A DNA stretch of 64,000 bases from Clostridia bacterium (GCA_045596985.1 JAZODM010000023.1:2684-66683), one strand, 5' to 3'. Positions 44,596-54,276 are shown, counted from the first letter of the stretch. Program-made: numbers and translations. Notes: generated by a model not told the origin, from the sequence alone.

Positions 44596-45675
44596 TTATT
44601 TATTGTTTTTCTCAAACTCTGTCATAAAGTCAACAAGTGCCTGCACGCCCTCGATAGGCATTGCATTGTAGATGCTTGCTCTCATACCGCCGACAGAGCG
44701 ATGCCCTTTAAGGTTTACAAGGCCTGCTTCTGCGGCTTCCTTACAGAACTTCTTATCAAGGTCAGCGTCACCTGTAACGAAGCATACATTCATCATTGAA
44801 CGGCTATTTTTCTCTGCTGTTGGTTTGAAAAGAGTTGAGTTATCAAGGAAGTCATAAAGAATATTTGCTTTCTTCTCGTTTCTTTCCTTCATTGCCTCAA
44901 GTCCGCCGTTCTGGAGCGCCCATTTATAAACAAGACCTGCAATATAGATTGCGTAGCAGGGAGGGGTGTTGTACATTGAGTCGTTATCAGCCATTGTCTT
45001 ATAATCAAGCATTGTGGGAATATCCTCACGGGCATTTCCCATTAAATCCTCACGGATAATAACAACGGTAAGACCTGCAGGAGCCATATTCTTCTGTGCG
45101 CCTGCATATATAACGCCAAACTTTGTAACGTCTACAGGCTCACTTGTAATGCAAGATGACATATCTGCAACCAAAACTTTGTCGCCTACATTGGGAACTT
45201 CGGGGAACTTTGTTCCGAAAATTGTGTTATTATAGCATACGTGAACGTAATCAGCATCCTCACGCACCATATCGGGTGTGATGCAGGGGATATAGCTGAA
45301 AGTCTTATCTTCAGAAGTTGCAATACACTTCGCATCGCCGTATTTCTTAGCTTCCTTAAAAGCTTTACCTGAGAACTGACCTGAAACAACATAGTCAGCC
45401 TTACCTGTTTTCATAAGGTTAAGGGGAACTGCCGCAAACTGTGTTGAAGCACCACCCTGAAGGAAAAGCACCTTGTAATTATCAGGGATATTCATAAGCT
45501 TTCTGAAGTTTGCTTCAGTCTCTTTGATTATTGCATCGTAAACAGGTGAACGATGGCTCATCTCCATAACACTCATACCGCTGTTCTGGTATTCAATAAG
45601 CTCCTTTTGCGCAGTTTCCAAAACTTCAAGAGGAAGCATACTGGGACCTGCAGAAAAATTGTACACTCTTGCCAT
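44596..45675 (-). CDS. serC: phosphoserine aminotransferase
   Basis: MARVYNFSAGPSMLPLEVL..., a class-V aminotransferase of 359 aa. RBS AGGAGG. Confidence 0.94.
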   Translation of the reverse strand: MARVYNFSAGPSMLPLEVLETAQKELIEYQNSGMSVMEMSHRSPVYDAIIKETEANFRKLMNIPDNYKVLFLQGGASTQFAAVPLNLMKTGKADYVVSGQFSGKAFKEAKKYGDAKCIATSEDKTFSYIPCITPDMVREDADYVHVCYNNTIFGTKFPEVPNVGDKVLVADMSSCITSEPVDVTKFGVIYAGAQKNMAPAGLTVVIIREDLMGNAREDIPTMLDYKTMADNDSMYNTPPCYAIYIAGLVYKWALQNGGLEAMKERNEKKANILYDFLDNSTLFKPTAEKNSRSMMNVCFVTGDADLDKKFCKEAAEAGLVNLKGHRSVGGMRASIYNAMPIEGVQALVDFMTEFEKNNK

Positions 45676-45711
45676 TTAAAAAGCCTCCTAAAAAATAATG
45701 ATAATGACACT

Positions 45712-45740
45712 ATTATACTCCTATTTTCGGGCAGTGTCAA
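45712..45740 (-). promoter_or_regulatory. consensus sigma-A promoter for serC-serA
   Basis: Minus strand: TTGACA (45740-45735), 17 bp, TATAAT (45717-45712). Confidence 0.75.
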
Positions 45741-45791
45741 TTTATTTCGCCCTTTTTTTAACGATTTTTCTCCGAATGGGAGAATTTTCCT

Positions 45792-45844
45792 TAGAAAGCA
45801 AAAGAGAAAATCAACCATCGGTTGATTTTCTCTTTTGCTTTCTA
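45792..45844. repeat. perfect 25-bp-arm palindrome (3-nt loop) overlapping the stop of the TauE-half gene
   Basis: TAGAAAGCAAAAGAGAAAATCAACC - ATC - GGTTGATTTTCTCTTTTGCTTTCTA. No U-tract on either strand. Confidence 0.95.
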
Positions 45845-46197
45845 ATTGAATTGAAGCCACTTACGATTTCCCTTATCCCAAAAATCAGTATGAAGATACC
45901 AAATAGTCGACCAAGAAGCTTTGAGGGAATGTTCACGCAAAGAAATGCGCCAAGCAGGGAAAAGGGAACGCCCGTAATAATTATCGGAAGTGCCGCCTTA
46001 AAGTCAATATTCTTCTTTTTAATATGGACAATCAGGGCGCACAGAGCAGAGGGGATAAAGCAAAACAGATTAATGCTTTGTGCCGACTGCTGATTTATAT
46101 CGAGAAATATTCTTAGCGCAGGGATAAGAAGCATTCCGCCCCCAACACCCATTCCGCTTAATATTCCCGAGAAAAAGCCTATAACAGATGTAAGCAT
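45811..46197 (-). CDS. half-size TauE/SafE (TSUP) family membrane protein
   Basis: 128 aa, about 4 TM helices, with GILSGMGVGGGMLLIPAL. Own RBS GGAGGTAA. The C-terminal IRKQKRKSTDG is encoded by the palindrome arm. Confidence 0.8.
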   Translation of the reverse strand: MLTSVIGFFSGILSGMGVGGGMLLIPALRIFLDINQQSAQSINLFCFIPSALCALIVHIKKKNIDFKAALPIIITGVPFSLLGAFLCVNIPSKLLGRLFGIFILIFGIREIVSGFNSIRKQKRKSTDG

Positions 46198-46221
46198 TTT
46201 TTACCTCCACCAAGCGTACAG

Positions 46222-46572
46222 TCACCCCATAAACATTCTGAAAGAGGAGATTATCATTACGATTCCAAAGCCTATACGGATATAGTTTGAGGGAAGCTTT
46301 GAAAGGAGCATTGCCCCAAGCAGTGCGCCGGCGGCGCTTCCCACGCCCGTGCGCAGAATAACGGACATATCGGAAAAGCCTTTAACGGTGTATATTACAA
46401 GCCCCGCAATCGTCAGCGGCAAAATAATGGCTATAGAAGTTGCGTGTGCCCGCTTTTCCTCGAGGGAGAAAAACTTTTTTAATATAAGCACCGCAATTAT
46501 TCCGCCGCCGGAGGCGAAAAACCCATTGGCAAAACCGACAACGCTTCCCCATAAAAGACCACGCTTTTTCAT
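46222..46572 (-). CDS. half-size TauE/SafE (TSUP) family membrane protein
   Basis: 116 aa, about 4 TM helices, with GFFASGGGIIAVLIL. Its start abuts the spo0A stop. Confidence 0.8.
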   Translation of the reverse strand: MKKRGLLWGSVVGFANGFFASGGGIIAVLILKKFFSLEEKRAHATSIAIILPLTIAGLVIYTVKGFSDMSVILRTGVGSAAGALLGAMLLSKLPSNYIRIGFGIVMIISSFRMFMG

Positions 46573-47375
46573 CAGGATACAAGCATCTCCAGTCTGAGCT
46601 TATCTGCAATCATAGCAATAAATTCAGAATTTGTGGGCTTTCCTTTATTATTGCTTACAGTATAGCCGAAGAGCTTGTAAAGCTCTTCCTCGTTTCCGCG
46701 GATGCAGGCAACCTCGATAGCGTGACGGATTGCTCGCTCAACACGGCTGGGTGATGTATTGTGGCGGTTTGCCACCTTTGGGTAAAGCTGCTTTGTTACT
46801 GCGTTTATAAGCTCGGTGTCCTTGATACTCATAATAATTGCATCACGCAGATACTGATAGCCCTTTATATTGGCAGGGACACCGACAGAATGTATTGTAT
46901 TGGTTACGGAAATTTCAATCGCTCTGTCAGAGGGGCGGTCACTTGTTTGTGTATCGCTTCCGAATGATGCTTCGCCAAGGGATGTCGGGGAGAGCTTTGG
47001 CATACACAAAAGGCGAATCCTTTCATAAATGGTTTCTGCCTCACATGGCTTTATCATAAAGTAATCTGCACCAAGCTCCATACAAAGATTTGTTACGTGC
47101 TCCTTTTTTGCGCCTGTCATTACAATAGTGACGGGACGGTGAATACGGGGGAGTGTGTTTATCTTTTTAAGGAGTCCTATTCCGTCCATTCCCGGAAGAA
47201 CAATGTCCATCAGGACAACGTCGGGGCGGTATTCCCTGATTTTTTCGGCAGCCTCCAATCCGTCAGTTGCACAGCCGATAAGCTCAATATCGCTTTTTGT
47301 GTCAAAAAAAGACTTCATCTGTGATAATAGTTCCGTGTTACTGTCTGCCATAAGCAGTTTTATCGTGTTTTTCAT
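46572..47375 (-). CDS. spo0A: sporulation master regulator Spo0A
   Basis: Receiver domain (LLMADSN...[14 protein letters not shown]) plus Spo0A_C ([19 protein letters not shown]...[14 protein letters not shown]). ATG at 47375 after AGGAGG. Confidence 0.95.
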   Translation of the reverse strand: MKNTIKLLMADSNTELLSQMKSFFDTKSDIELIGCATDGLEAAEKIREYRPDVVLMDIVLPGMDGIGLLKKINTLPRIHRPVTIVMTGAKKEHVTNLCMELGADYFMIKPCEAETIYERIRLLCMPKLSPTSLGEASFGSDTQTSDRPSDRAIEISVTNTIHSVGVPANIKGYQYLRDAIIMSIKDTELINAVTKQLYPKVANRHNTSPSRVERAIRHAIEVACIRGNEEELYKLFGYTVSNNKGKPTNSEFIAMIADKLRLEMLVS

Positions 47376-47410
47376 TCTATTTCCTCCTGTATGTTGTTGT
47401 TTCATTTAGT

Positions 47411-47439
47411 ATATTACCATATTATGGAAATTATTGCAA
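47411..47439 (-). promoter_or_regulatory. candidate sigma-A promoter for spo0A
   Basis: Minus strand: TTGCAA (47439-47434), 17 bp, TAATAT (47416-47411). Confidence 0.5.
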
Positions 47440-47588
47440 GAAGTTTTTACCAAAAAATGGTAAATTTTTGGTAAAGGGAGAAATACAGCCATTTATAACA
47501 CTTTTAAAATGAAAATTTGACAAATCTGCTTGATATTGCAAAAGTAAGATAATATAATATAAATGATTTTTTCTAAGGAGAAATTATA

Positions 47589-48941
47589 ATGAGGACGAAA
47601 TCAATGGTAAAAGGCAATCCGTATACGCTTTTATTAAGGTTTGCCATGCCGCTTATTGCGGGAAATATATTTCAGGAATTTTATAATATAGCTGACACTA
47701 TAATTGTAGGTCAGTTTTTAGGTGTTCAGGCACTTGCGGCGGTAGGCGCAGGCGGTTGGTCAATATGGATGATGCTTTCTGCGGTGCAGGGACTTAGTCA
47801 GGGCTTTAGTGTGCCTGCTGCACATTCTTTCGGGGCAGGTGACACGGAAGGTGCAAAAAAGCATATGGGAAATTCCATTCTTCTTTCCCTTGTTTCGTGC
47901 GCTATCCTATGCGTTTTTGGAGAGCTTATTTTAAGACCTCTTTTAATATGGCAGAATACTCCTGCAGAAATTTTTGAAGATGCGCTTTTATATCTTCGTC
48001 TGTATTATGCAGGCTGTCCCATTATTATGACATATAATTACGCAGCGAGCCATCTGCGCGCTTTTGGAAACAGCAGGGCGCCGCTTCGTGCAATGATAAT
48101 TGCATCGATTGTAAATATTGTACTTGATATTTTATTTGTAGGGCCTTTCGGCTGGGGGATAAAGGGTGCAATTATTGCAACACTGATTGCGCAATTTGTT
48201 GCGGCAATATATTCAATGAGATGCCTGATGAAAATTGAATTTGTTTCTTTTTCGAAAAATAATTTACGCCTTTCTCCCTCGCTTTGTGCAAAGCAGCTTT
48301 ATTTAGGCGCGCCGATAGCGTTGCAGAATATCATAATTTCTATAGGCGGTCTTATTGTGCAGCTTGTTGTAAATCGCTACGGCATTTCTTTTATTGCAGG
48401 TGTTACAGCAACAAACAGGCTCTACGGTCTTATTGAAACTGCAAGTATTTCATACGGCTATGCCGTAACGACATATGTGGGGCAAAATGCAGGAGCAGGT
48501 GAATATAGCCGTATAAAAAAGGGCTTTGCAAGCGGAAATGTAATTGGTCTTCTGACTTCAATTGTTATAATGCTTTTGATGATTCTTTTTGGAAAAAATC
48601 TTTTGATGCTTTTTGTTTCGGGAACAAAAGAAGAAATTTCTTCAACAATAGAGGTCGCTTACAGATATCTTTTTATAATGAGTGCTTTTCTGCCGGTGCT
48701 TTACTTCCTTAATATAACAAAATCTGCAATAGTAGGACTTGGTAACAGCATCATACCAATGCTTTCAGGAGTGGCAGAGCTGATAATGAGAGTGGGATGC
48801 TCGTTTTTAATCCCCGTATATTATGGAAAAATGAATTTGTTTTTTGCAGAGCCGGCTTCATGGGGTGCTTCGGTAATTGTGCTTTCTGCAGGGTATATTT
48901 ACTGTGTCAAAAAAATAAAAAATACATTAACAGAAAAATAA
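47589..48941 (+). CDS. MATE family efflux transporter
   Basis: 450 aa, 12 predicted TM helices. N-terminal LLRFAMPLIAGNIFQEFYNIADTIIVGQFLG is typical of MATE. Confidence 0.9.
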   Translation: MRTKSMVKGNPYTLLLRFAMPLIAGNIFQEFYNIADTIIVGQFLGVQALAAVGAGGWSIWMMLSAVQGLSQGFSVPAAHSFGAGDTEGAKKHMGNSILLSLVSCAILCVFGELILRPLLIWQNTPAEIFEDALLYLRLYYAGCPIIMTYNYAASHLRAFGNSRAPLRAMIIASIVNIVLDILFVGPFGWGIKGAIIATLIAQFVAAIYSMRCLMKIEFVSFSKNNLRLSPSLCAKQLYLGAPIALQNIIISIGGLIVQLVVNRYGISFIAGVTATNRLYGLIETASISYGYAVTTYVGQNAGAGEYSRIKKGFASGNVIGLLTSIVIMLLMILFGKNLLMLFVSGTKEEISSTIEVAYRYLFIMSAFLPVLYFLNITKSAIVGLGNSIIPMLSGVAELIMRVGCSFLIPVYYGKMNLFFAEPASWGASVIVLSAGYIYCVKKIKNTLTEK

Positions 48942-48953
48942 GGCAATAAAAAA

Positions 48954-48986
48954 CAGGGGTTCGCTAAAAACGAACTCCTGTTTTTT
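48954..48986 (+). terminator. rho-independent terminator after the MATE gene
   Basis: CAGGGGTTCG-CTAAAAA-CGAACTCCTG followed by TTTTTT. Confidence 0.8.
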
Positions 48987-49004
48987 ATTGCCCCTTTTTC
49001 GTGG

Positions 49005-49029
49005 GGGATAGGAAAAAATGCTTCAGAAC
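49005..49029 (+). repeat. module C repeat, copy 2
   Basis: GGGATAGGAAAAAATGCTTCAGAAC, identical to 11144-11168. Followed by a structured segment to about 49100. Confidence 0.85.
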
Positions 49030-49310
49030 GGACAAACTGAACCCGCAGGGGTTACCCGAAGGCGTACGATGGTACGCCGAGAGGTGAAGTTTGTTCGTAG
49101 CAAAAAGGCTTAAAATCACAGAAAAATCGAATAAAATGAGATTTTTCAACGAAACTATAAAATTCTATCATTTTTGCACACATTGCATTTCGTATATTAA
49201 TCGCCTTTTTGCGGTCTGGACTTTTTTTACATCCCCTTCGATGACTAACAAAACAAGAGTATGCACCCTTTGTACATACTCTAATTTTAAGCAATCAAGA
49301 TATAAGCTAC

Positions 49311-49574
49311 TTACGCGAGGGCTGCAATAGCCTTTGCAAGCTGACTCTTCTTGCGGCTAACAGTATTCTTGTGATATACACCCTTGCTGGCAGCCTGGTC
49401 AAGCTTCTTAACACAGATATTGTAAAGCTCCTGAGCAGAAGCCTTATTTCCCTCTGTTACAGCAGCGTCAAACTTTCTAAGCTCTGTTCTGATAGCTGAT
49501 TTAACCATACGGTTTTCAAGAGTTTTCTTCTCGATAACAAGAACTCTCTTTTTAGCTGATTTAATGTTAGGCAT
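49311..49574 (-). CDS. rpsT: 30S ribosomal protein S20
   Basis: MPNIKSAKKRVLVIEKKTLENRMVKSAIRT. 87 aa. Confidence 0.95.
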   Translation of the reverse strand: MPNIKSAKKRVLVIEKKTLENRMVKSAIRTELRKFDAAVTEGNKASAQELYNICVKKLDQAASKGVYHKNTVSRKKSQLAKAIAALA

Positions 49575-49660
49575 TATATTTTCACCTCCAACACATTATG
49601 AAACAAGATGCATTATAGCACACATTATTTCAAAATGCAAGTTTTTTTTTATTAAAATAA

Positions 49661-50629
49661 TTAATTTTTATTTATTTGTTCCATACTGTACTTTTCCCGG
49701 AAGCCGTCAGTAGTAATAACCTCTCCACCTTGCGTGATTAAAAGTGCATCTGTATCAGGGAAACTGCTGCACAGAGAAAGACCCTTTTCGCCTAAAATAT
49801 ATATAGCTGTTGAAAGTGCATCTGCATGCATTGAGGAGGGTGAAATCACCGTTACCGAGGAAAGTCCTGCATCGGCACACTGTCCGCTGCGCGGGTCTAA
49901 TATATGGTGATAGCGTTTTCCGTCATATTCAAAATAGCGTTGATATGCACCGCTTGTAACGGCGCTCTTATCCTTTAGCGTAATTTTTGCAAAAAGCTCC
50001 CCGGGGTTAAAAGGGTCACGTATACCGACACTAAACTCCCCGATAAGGGCAACGTTTCCGCCTAAGTCTATTATAATATCCTCTGCGCCATTCTTTTTAA
50101 AAAAGTCTGTAAGTCTATCTGCCACATATCCCTTTGCAACTGCGCCTAAATCAAGCTGCCTGCCGCCAAGGGAAAGCGGTGACAGGGTAATTTCTTCATA
50201 TCCTATATGGGAGAGAACATTCTGAATTTCATCGAGTGTGGGCGGTGCGGTGCGTTCCTTTATATTCCACAGCTTTGTAAGCGGTGCGACGGAAACATCA
50301 AATGCACCGTCTGTAAGAGATGAAAACGAAAGCGAGAAATCAAGAATTTTGCGCATATCCTCAGAAAGCGTTGCGTTTTCCCCAGCATTAAGCTTATAAA
50401 GCTCGCTTTGCTCCTGCGTGCGGCTGAAAACATCCTCATACCTATGGCAAAGGCCAAGAGCCTCGTTTGAAAGCGCGGATGCCGTCTTTGGCGCAGTTAT
50501 GTTTATAACGGTATCAAAGGCATAGGTGTGCACCGTTTGCCGCTCTTCCCCTGCGCGCAGTAAAAAAACACCCGTCAGAAGAAGTATCACTATTAATAAA
50601 GGAAGAAAAAACTTTTTCACATTACCCAC
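49661..50629 (-). CDS. apbE: FAD:protein FMN transferase (ApbE family), lipoprotein-like N-terminus
   Basis: AVAKGYVADRL, TSGAYQRYFEYDGKRYHHILDPRSG. Confidence 0.9.
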   Translation of the reverse strand: MGNVKKFFLPLLIVILLLTGVFLLRAGEERQTVHTYAFDTVINITAPKTASALSNEALGLCHRYEDVFSRTQEQSELYKLNAGENATLSEDMRKILDFSLSFSSLTDGAFDVSVAPLTKLWNIKERTAPPTLDEIQNVLSHIGYEEITLSPLSLGGRQLDLGAVAKGYVADRLTDFFKKNGAEDIIIDLGGNVALIGEFSVGIRDPFNPGELFAKITLKDKSAVTSGAYQRYFEYDGKRYHHILDPRSGQCADAGLSSVTVISPSSMHADALSTAIYILGEKGLSLCSSFPDTDALLITQGGEVITTDGFREKYSMEQINKN

Positions 50630-50632
50630 CTG

Positions 50633-51184
50633 TCAATAAAGAAATTCATAGATTTTATAATAGCTTTTGATTTTTTCGCAGTGTCTTTTTGTTTCGCCGA
50701 AGGGAATATCGGAGAGCGTTTTTCCGTCAGGGGAAAGGGAACTATCCTGCAGCCATTTATCCACGTTGGTTGCCCCCGCGTTATAAGCGGCAACTGCATT
50801 TGTAATATCGCCGTCATATTTTTTGAGTAGGTAGGATATATACCACACCCCTGCATTGATGTTGACATCAGGATTTGAAATATCTTCCCCGGAGGCATCC
50901 TTGCCCAGAACATTCATACAGTGCTCAAACGTTTTGTCTGTAAGCTGCATCAGCCCCCTTGCACCGGCGTGGCTTACCGCATTCTCGTTAAAATTGCTTT
51001 CTGCCTTTATAAGTGCCATCACAAGATGGGGCGAAACATCAAATTCGTCGCAGTATTTGTTGATAATGTCACTGTGCTTTGCCGGAAACAATCTGTAAAT
51101 GATTACGGCGCAAAGCGTGACGATTAATAATATGATTAAAAGTGCAATCGCTGCCCTTAATAAAATCTGTACAAGCCTATACAT
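50633..51184 (-). CDS. membrane-anchored lytic transglycosylase (SLT domain)
   Basis: N-terminal TM segment, catalytic block ALIKAESNFNENAVSHAGARGLMQL, and AYNAG. Confidence 0.88.
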   Translation of the reverse strand: MYRLVQILLRAAIALLIILLIVTLCAVIIYRLFPAKHSDIINKYCDEFDVSPHLVMALIKAESNFNENAVSHAGARGLMQLTDKTFEHCMNVLGKDASGEDISNPDVNINAGVWYISYLLKKYDGDITNAVAAYNAGATNVDKWLQDSSLSPDGKTLSDIPFGETKRHCEKIKSYYKIYEFLY

Positions 51185-51761
51185 TTGCTTCCCCCAAAAA
51201 TTGTTGGTATAAATCAGTTACGGCGGCCTTTAACTCATTAAAATCGCCGTTGTTATCAATAATAATTGCTTTTTTGCTATAGTCTTTTTGTGCGCGTATT
51301 CTAAGACGCGCGTCATCTATAGAGATGGCATCACGCTCTGTTATACGGCGCAGCCTGACCTCCTCGTCTGCACGTATAACCACAATATGCGCACATTTTT
51401 TATCGGCACCGCTTGCCTCAAGCTCCGACCCGTCAATAAAACAAATGTCTTTGCCCGAGGTTATGCACATATCTATTGCCTTTTTCACAATTGCACTGTG
51501 AACAATTCCGTTTAAAATGGTAAGCTTTTCCTTGTCAGAGAAAACTATACCGCCCAAAGCTTTTCTGTTAACACTGCCGTCCTTATCAAATATGCTGTCC
51601 CCAAAATTTGCACGCAGCTTTTCCTTAACATCAGCGTCCAGAAGAACCTCATGCGCAATCAGGTCGCAGTCAGCAACGAAAGCGCCCAGCTCTGTCAGTA
51701 TTTTGGCGGCGCTTGTTTTTCCGCTGCCACTTCTTCCTGTAAGACCTATAAGCATTTTCAT
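51177..51761 (-). CDS. coaE: dephospho-CoA kinase
   Basis: P-loop GLTGRSGSGKTS. 194 aa. Canonical polA-coaE order. Confidence 0.92.
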   Translation of the reverse strand: MKMLIGLTGRSGSGKTSAAKILTELGAFVADCDLIAHEVLLDADVKEKLRANFGDSIFDKDGSVNRKALGGIVFSDKEKLTILNGIVHSAIVKKAIDMCITSGKDICFIDGSELEASGADKKCAHIVVIRADEEVRLRRITERDAISIDDARLRIRAQKDYSKKAIIIDNNGDFNELKAAVTDLYQQFLGEANV

Positions 51762-51777
51762 AAAATCTATCCTTACA

Positions 51778-54276
51778 CTATTTTGTTTCGTACCAGCTCT
51801 TGCCTATCTTTACATCTGCTTTAAGCGGTACGCTGAGAGAAACGGCGTTTTCCATTTCTTCCTTTAATATCTGTGCGGCAATCTCTGCGTGCTCTTTTGG
51901 AACTTCGCAGATAAGCTCATCGTGTACCTGAAGGATAAGGCGCGCAGACGGACATTTTTCGCGCAGACTGTTATAAACCTTCACCATCGCGATTTTTATA
52001 ATATCGGCTGCAGTGCCCTGAATGGGTGCATTCATTGCAACCCTTTCACCGAAGGAACGCAAATTGAAATTCTTTGCCGCAAGCTCGGGGATATAGCGCC
52101 TTCTTTTAAATATGGTTGAAACATATCCGCTTTCTCTTGCGTTTTCAATGGTGCGTTCCATATATTCTTTAACACTGTTGTAATTGTTGAAGTAGTTTTC
52201 GATATATTCCTTCGCCTCTTTGCGCGAAATTTTAAGCTCCTGCGAAAGTGAAAATTCACTCTGCCCGTAAATTATGCCGAAGTTAACAGTTTTTGCACGT
52301 GAACGCATCATATCATTTACCAAAAACGGCGGTACGTTAAATACCTGCGAGGCGGTAATCGTATGAATATCCTCGTCATTTATAAATGCGCTTTGCATTG
52401 TTTTGTCACCCGACATATGGGCGAGGACTCTCAGCTCTATCTGCGAATAGTCTGCCCCGACGAGAAGGAAGTCATCTTCTGCTACAAACATTTTGCGTAT
52501 TTCCCTGCCGATTTCGGTGCGGACGGGGATGTTTTGCAGATTTGGCTCTGCCGAGCTTATTCGCCCTGTCGCAGTTACGGTCTGTTTCAGGGTAGACCGA
52601 ATACGGCTTTCATCGTCAAGCAGCGGCAAAAATGCATCTGCATACGTGGATTTAAGCTTAGAGAGATGACGGTATTCTATAATAAGGTCTATTATTTCGT
52701 GCTTTCCGCGCAGCTTTTCTAAAACGGCTGAATCCGTGGAATAGCCCGTTTTTGTTTTCTTCACCACGGGGAGCGCCATATCCTCGAACAAAAGCTTTCC
52801 AAGCTGCTTTGGAGAGTTTATGTTGATTTTTTCGCCTGCCATAAAGTATATGGAGCTTTCAAGCGCACTTATTCTTTCACCGAGCATTTTTGCAAATGCG
52901 GCAAGCTCATTTCGGTCAATTTTGAACCCTGCGCTCTCCATATCGTAAAGCACATTTTCAAGGGGAAGCTCAATCTCGTTTAAAAGCTCGCCCTGCTCGC
53001 GTTCTTTGATAATTTCAAGCTGCTTTTGTGCAAGAAGGGGCAGGCTTACAGCAGAGAACGGGAGGGAAAACTCCGTAAAAAGCTCCTGCAGATTATAATC
53101 CGATTTTGCAGGGTCGATAATATATGCCGAAATTTCCGTGTCATAGAAATTACCGCAAAGCGCAACGCCAATATTCTCAAGCTCGCGCCGTGTTTTTTTG
53201 TAACTGTGGGTAAGCTTTCTGATTTTCGTGTTTTCAAAAATTTCCTTAAGCTCAGGCACACTGCAAAAATACGGCTTTGAATTATACTCAAATTCTACAT
53301 TGTTTCCTGAAAGGATAAAGGAAAATTCCTCCTGGGTTTTCAGCGCACAAATAATCTCACCCGTTGCGCTTTCGCATATTGGTGCCTCTATTACGGTAGA
53401 AGGGTTTGCCGTACAGAGCCTCTCGGCAATTTTTTTAAGCTCCAGCTCTGTAAGCTTATATAAAAGCGCATCGTTATCAGGCTCTTTATATAATGCATCC
53501 TCTACCTTAAAATCAATGGGAACATTTCGGTCAATGGTGCAAAGTGTACGGCAAAGGTATGCGTCATCACGCCCTGCTATAAGCTTTTCGCGCGCACTTT
53601 TTTTTATAATATCGGAGTCAATTTCTTCGTAAAGCTTTTCAAGTGTATGGAAATTTTTTATAAGCTCAAACGCAGTTTTTTCGCCTATTCCGCGAACGCC
53701 GGGAATGTTGTCGGAGGAGTCGCCCATTAAAGCCTTTACCGAGATAAATTCCTCAGGCGTAACGCCGTATTTTTCTAAAACTGCCCTATCGTCAAAGACC
53801 TCTGTCGTAGTTTGCCCCATACGCGTTGTGGTAAGAAGAACGCCCGTGTTTTCGCTTGCAAGCTGCAAATCGTCTTTATCACCCGTTACGATGCCGCATT
53901 TAATACCCTTCTCGTCGCATATTCTGCTGACTGTGCCGATAATATCGTCTGCCTCATACCCTTCGAGTGAAAGCATACGGATATTCATTGCCCCGAGTAT
54001 CTCTTTAAGATGAGGCATCTGCTCTGCAAGGTCGTCGGGCATACCCTTACGCTGTGCCTTGTATGCGTCATACATCTTATGACGGAAGGTCGGCGCTTTA
54101 AGGTCAAACGCCACACACAGATAGTCAGGCTTATATTCGTCAATGTATTTGAGCATTATGTTCATAAAGCCGTAAATCGCATTTGTAGGGATACCGCTTT
54201 TGGTGGAAAGCGGTCTTACCCCGTAGTATGCGCGGTTTACAATGCTGTTTCCGTCTATTATAATCAGATTTTTCAT
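51778..54276 (-). CDS. polA: DNA polymerase I
   Basis: 5'-nuclease N-terminus (MKNLIIIDGNSIVNRAYYG...GDSSDNIPGVRGIGEKTA) and Pol A motifs DYSQIELRVLAH and QVHDELI. Internal ATG at 54276. Confidence 0.95.
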   Translation of the reverse strand: MKNLIIIDGNSIVNRAYYGVRPLSTKSGIPTNAIYGFMNIMLKYIDEYKPDYLCVAFDLKAPTFRHKMYDAYKAQRKGMPDDLAEQMPHLKEILGAMNIRMLSLEGYEADDIIGTVSRICDEKGIKCGIVTGDKDDLQLASENTGVLLTTTRMGQTTTEVFDDRAVLEKYGVTPEEFISVKALMGDSSDNIPGVRGIGEKTAFELIKNFHTLEKLYEEIDSDIIKKSAREKLIAGRDDAYLCRTLCTIDRNVPIDFKVEDALYKEPDNDALLYKLTELELKKIAERLCTANPSTVIEAPICESATGEIICALKTQEEFSFILSGNNVEFEYNSKPYFCSVPELKEIFENTKIRKLTHSYKKTRRELENIGVALCGNFYDTEISAYIIDPAKSDYNLQELFTEFSLPFSAVSLPLLAQKQLEIIKEREQGELLNEIELPLENVLYDMESAGFKIDRNELAAFAKMLGERISALESSIYFMAGEKININSPKQLGKLLFEDMALPVVKKTKTGYSTDSAVLEKLRGKHEIIDLIIEYRHLSKLKSTYADAFLPLLDDESRIRSTLKQTVTATGRISSAEPNLQNIPVRTEIGREIRKMFVAEDDFLLVGADYSQIELRVLAHMSGDKTMQSAFINDEDIHTITASQVFNVPPFLVNDMMRSRAKTVNFGIIYGQSEFSLSQELKISRKEAKEYIENYFNNYNSVKEYMERTIENARESGYVSTIFKRRRYIPELAAKNFNLRSFGERVAMNAPIQGTAADIIKIAMVKVYNSLREKCPSARLILQVHDELICEVPKEHAEIAAQILKEEMENAVSLSVPLKADVKIGKSWYETK

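Noticed and set aside
45811-46572. TauE/SafE gene split by a nonsense or frameshift mutation (pseudogene)
   Set aside because: The two halves are in separate frames with a 24-bp gap and a strong independent RBS (GGAGGTAA) for the second. Each equals one complete 4-TM repeat unit. This is more consistent with a genuine half-size pair, but it should be checked against relatives.
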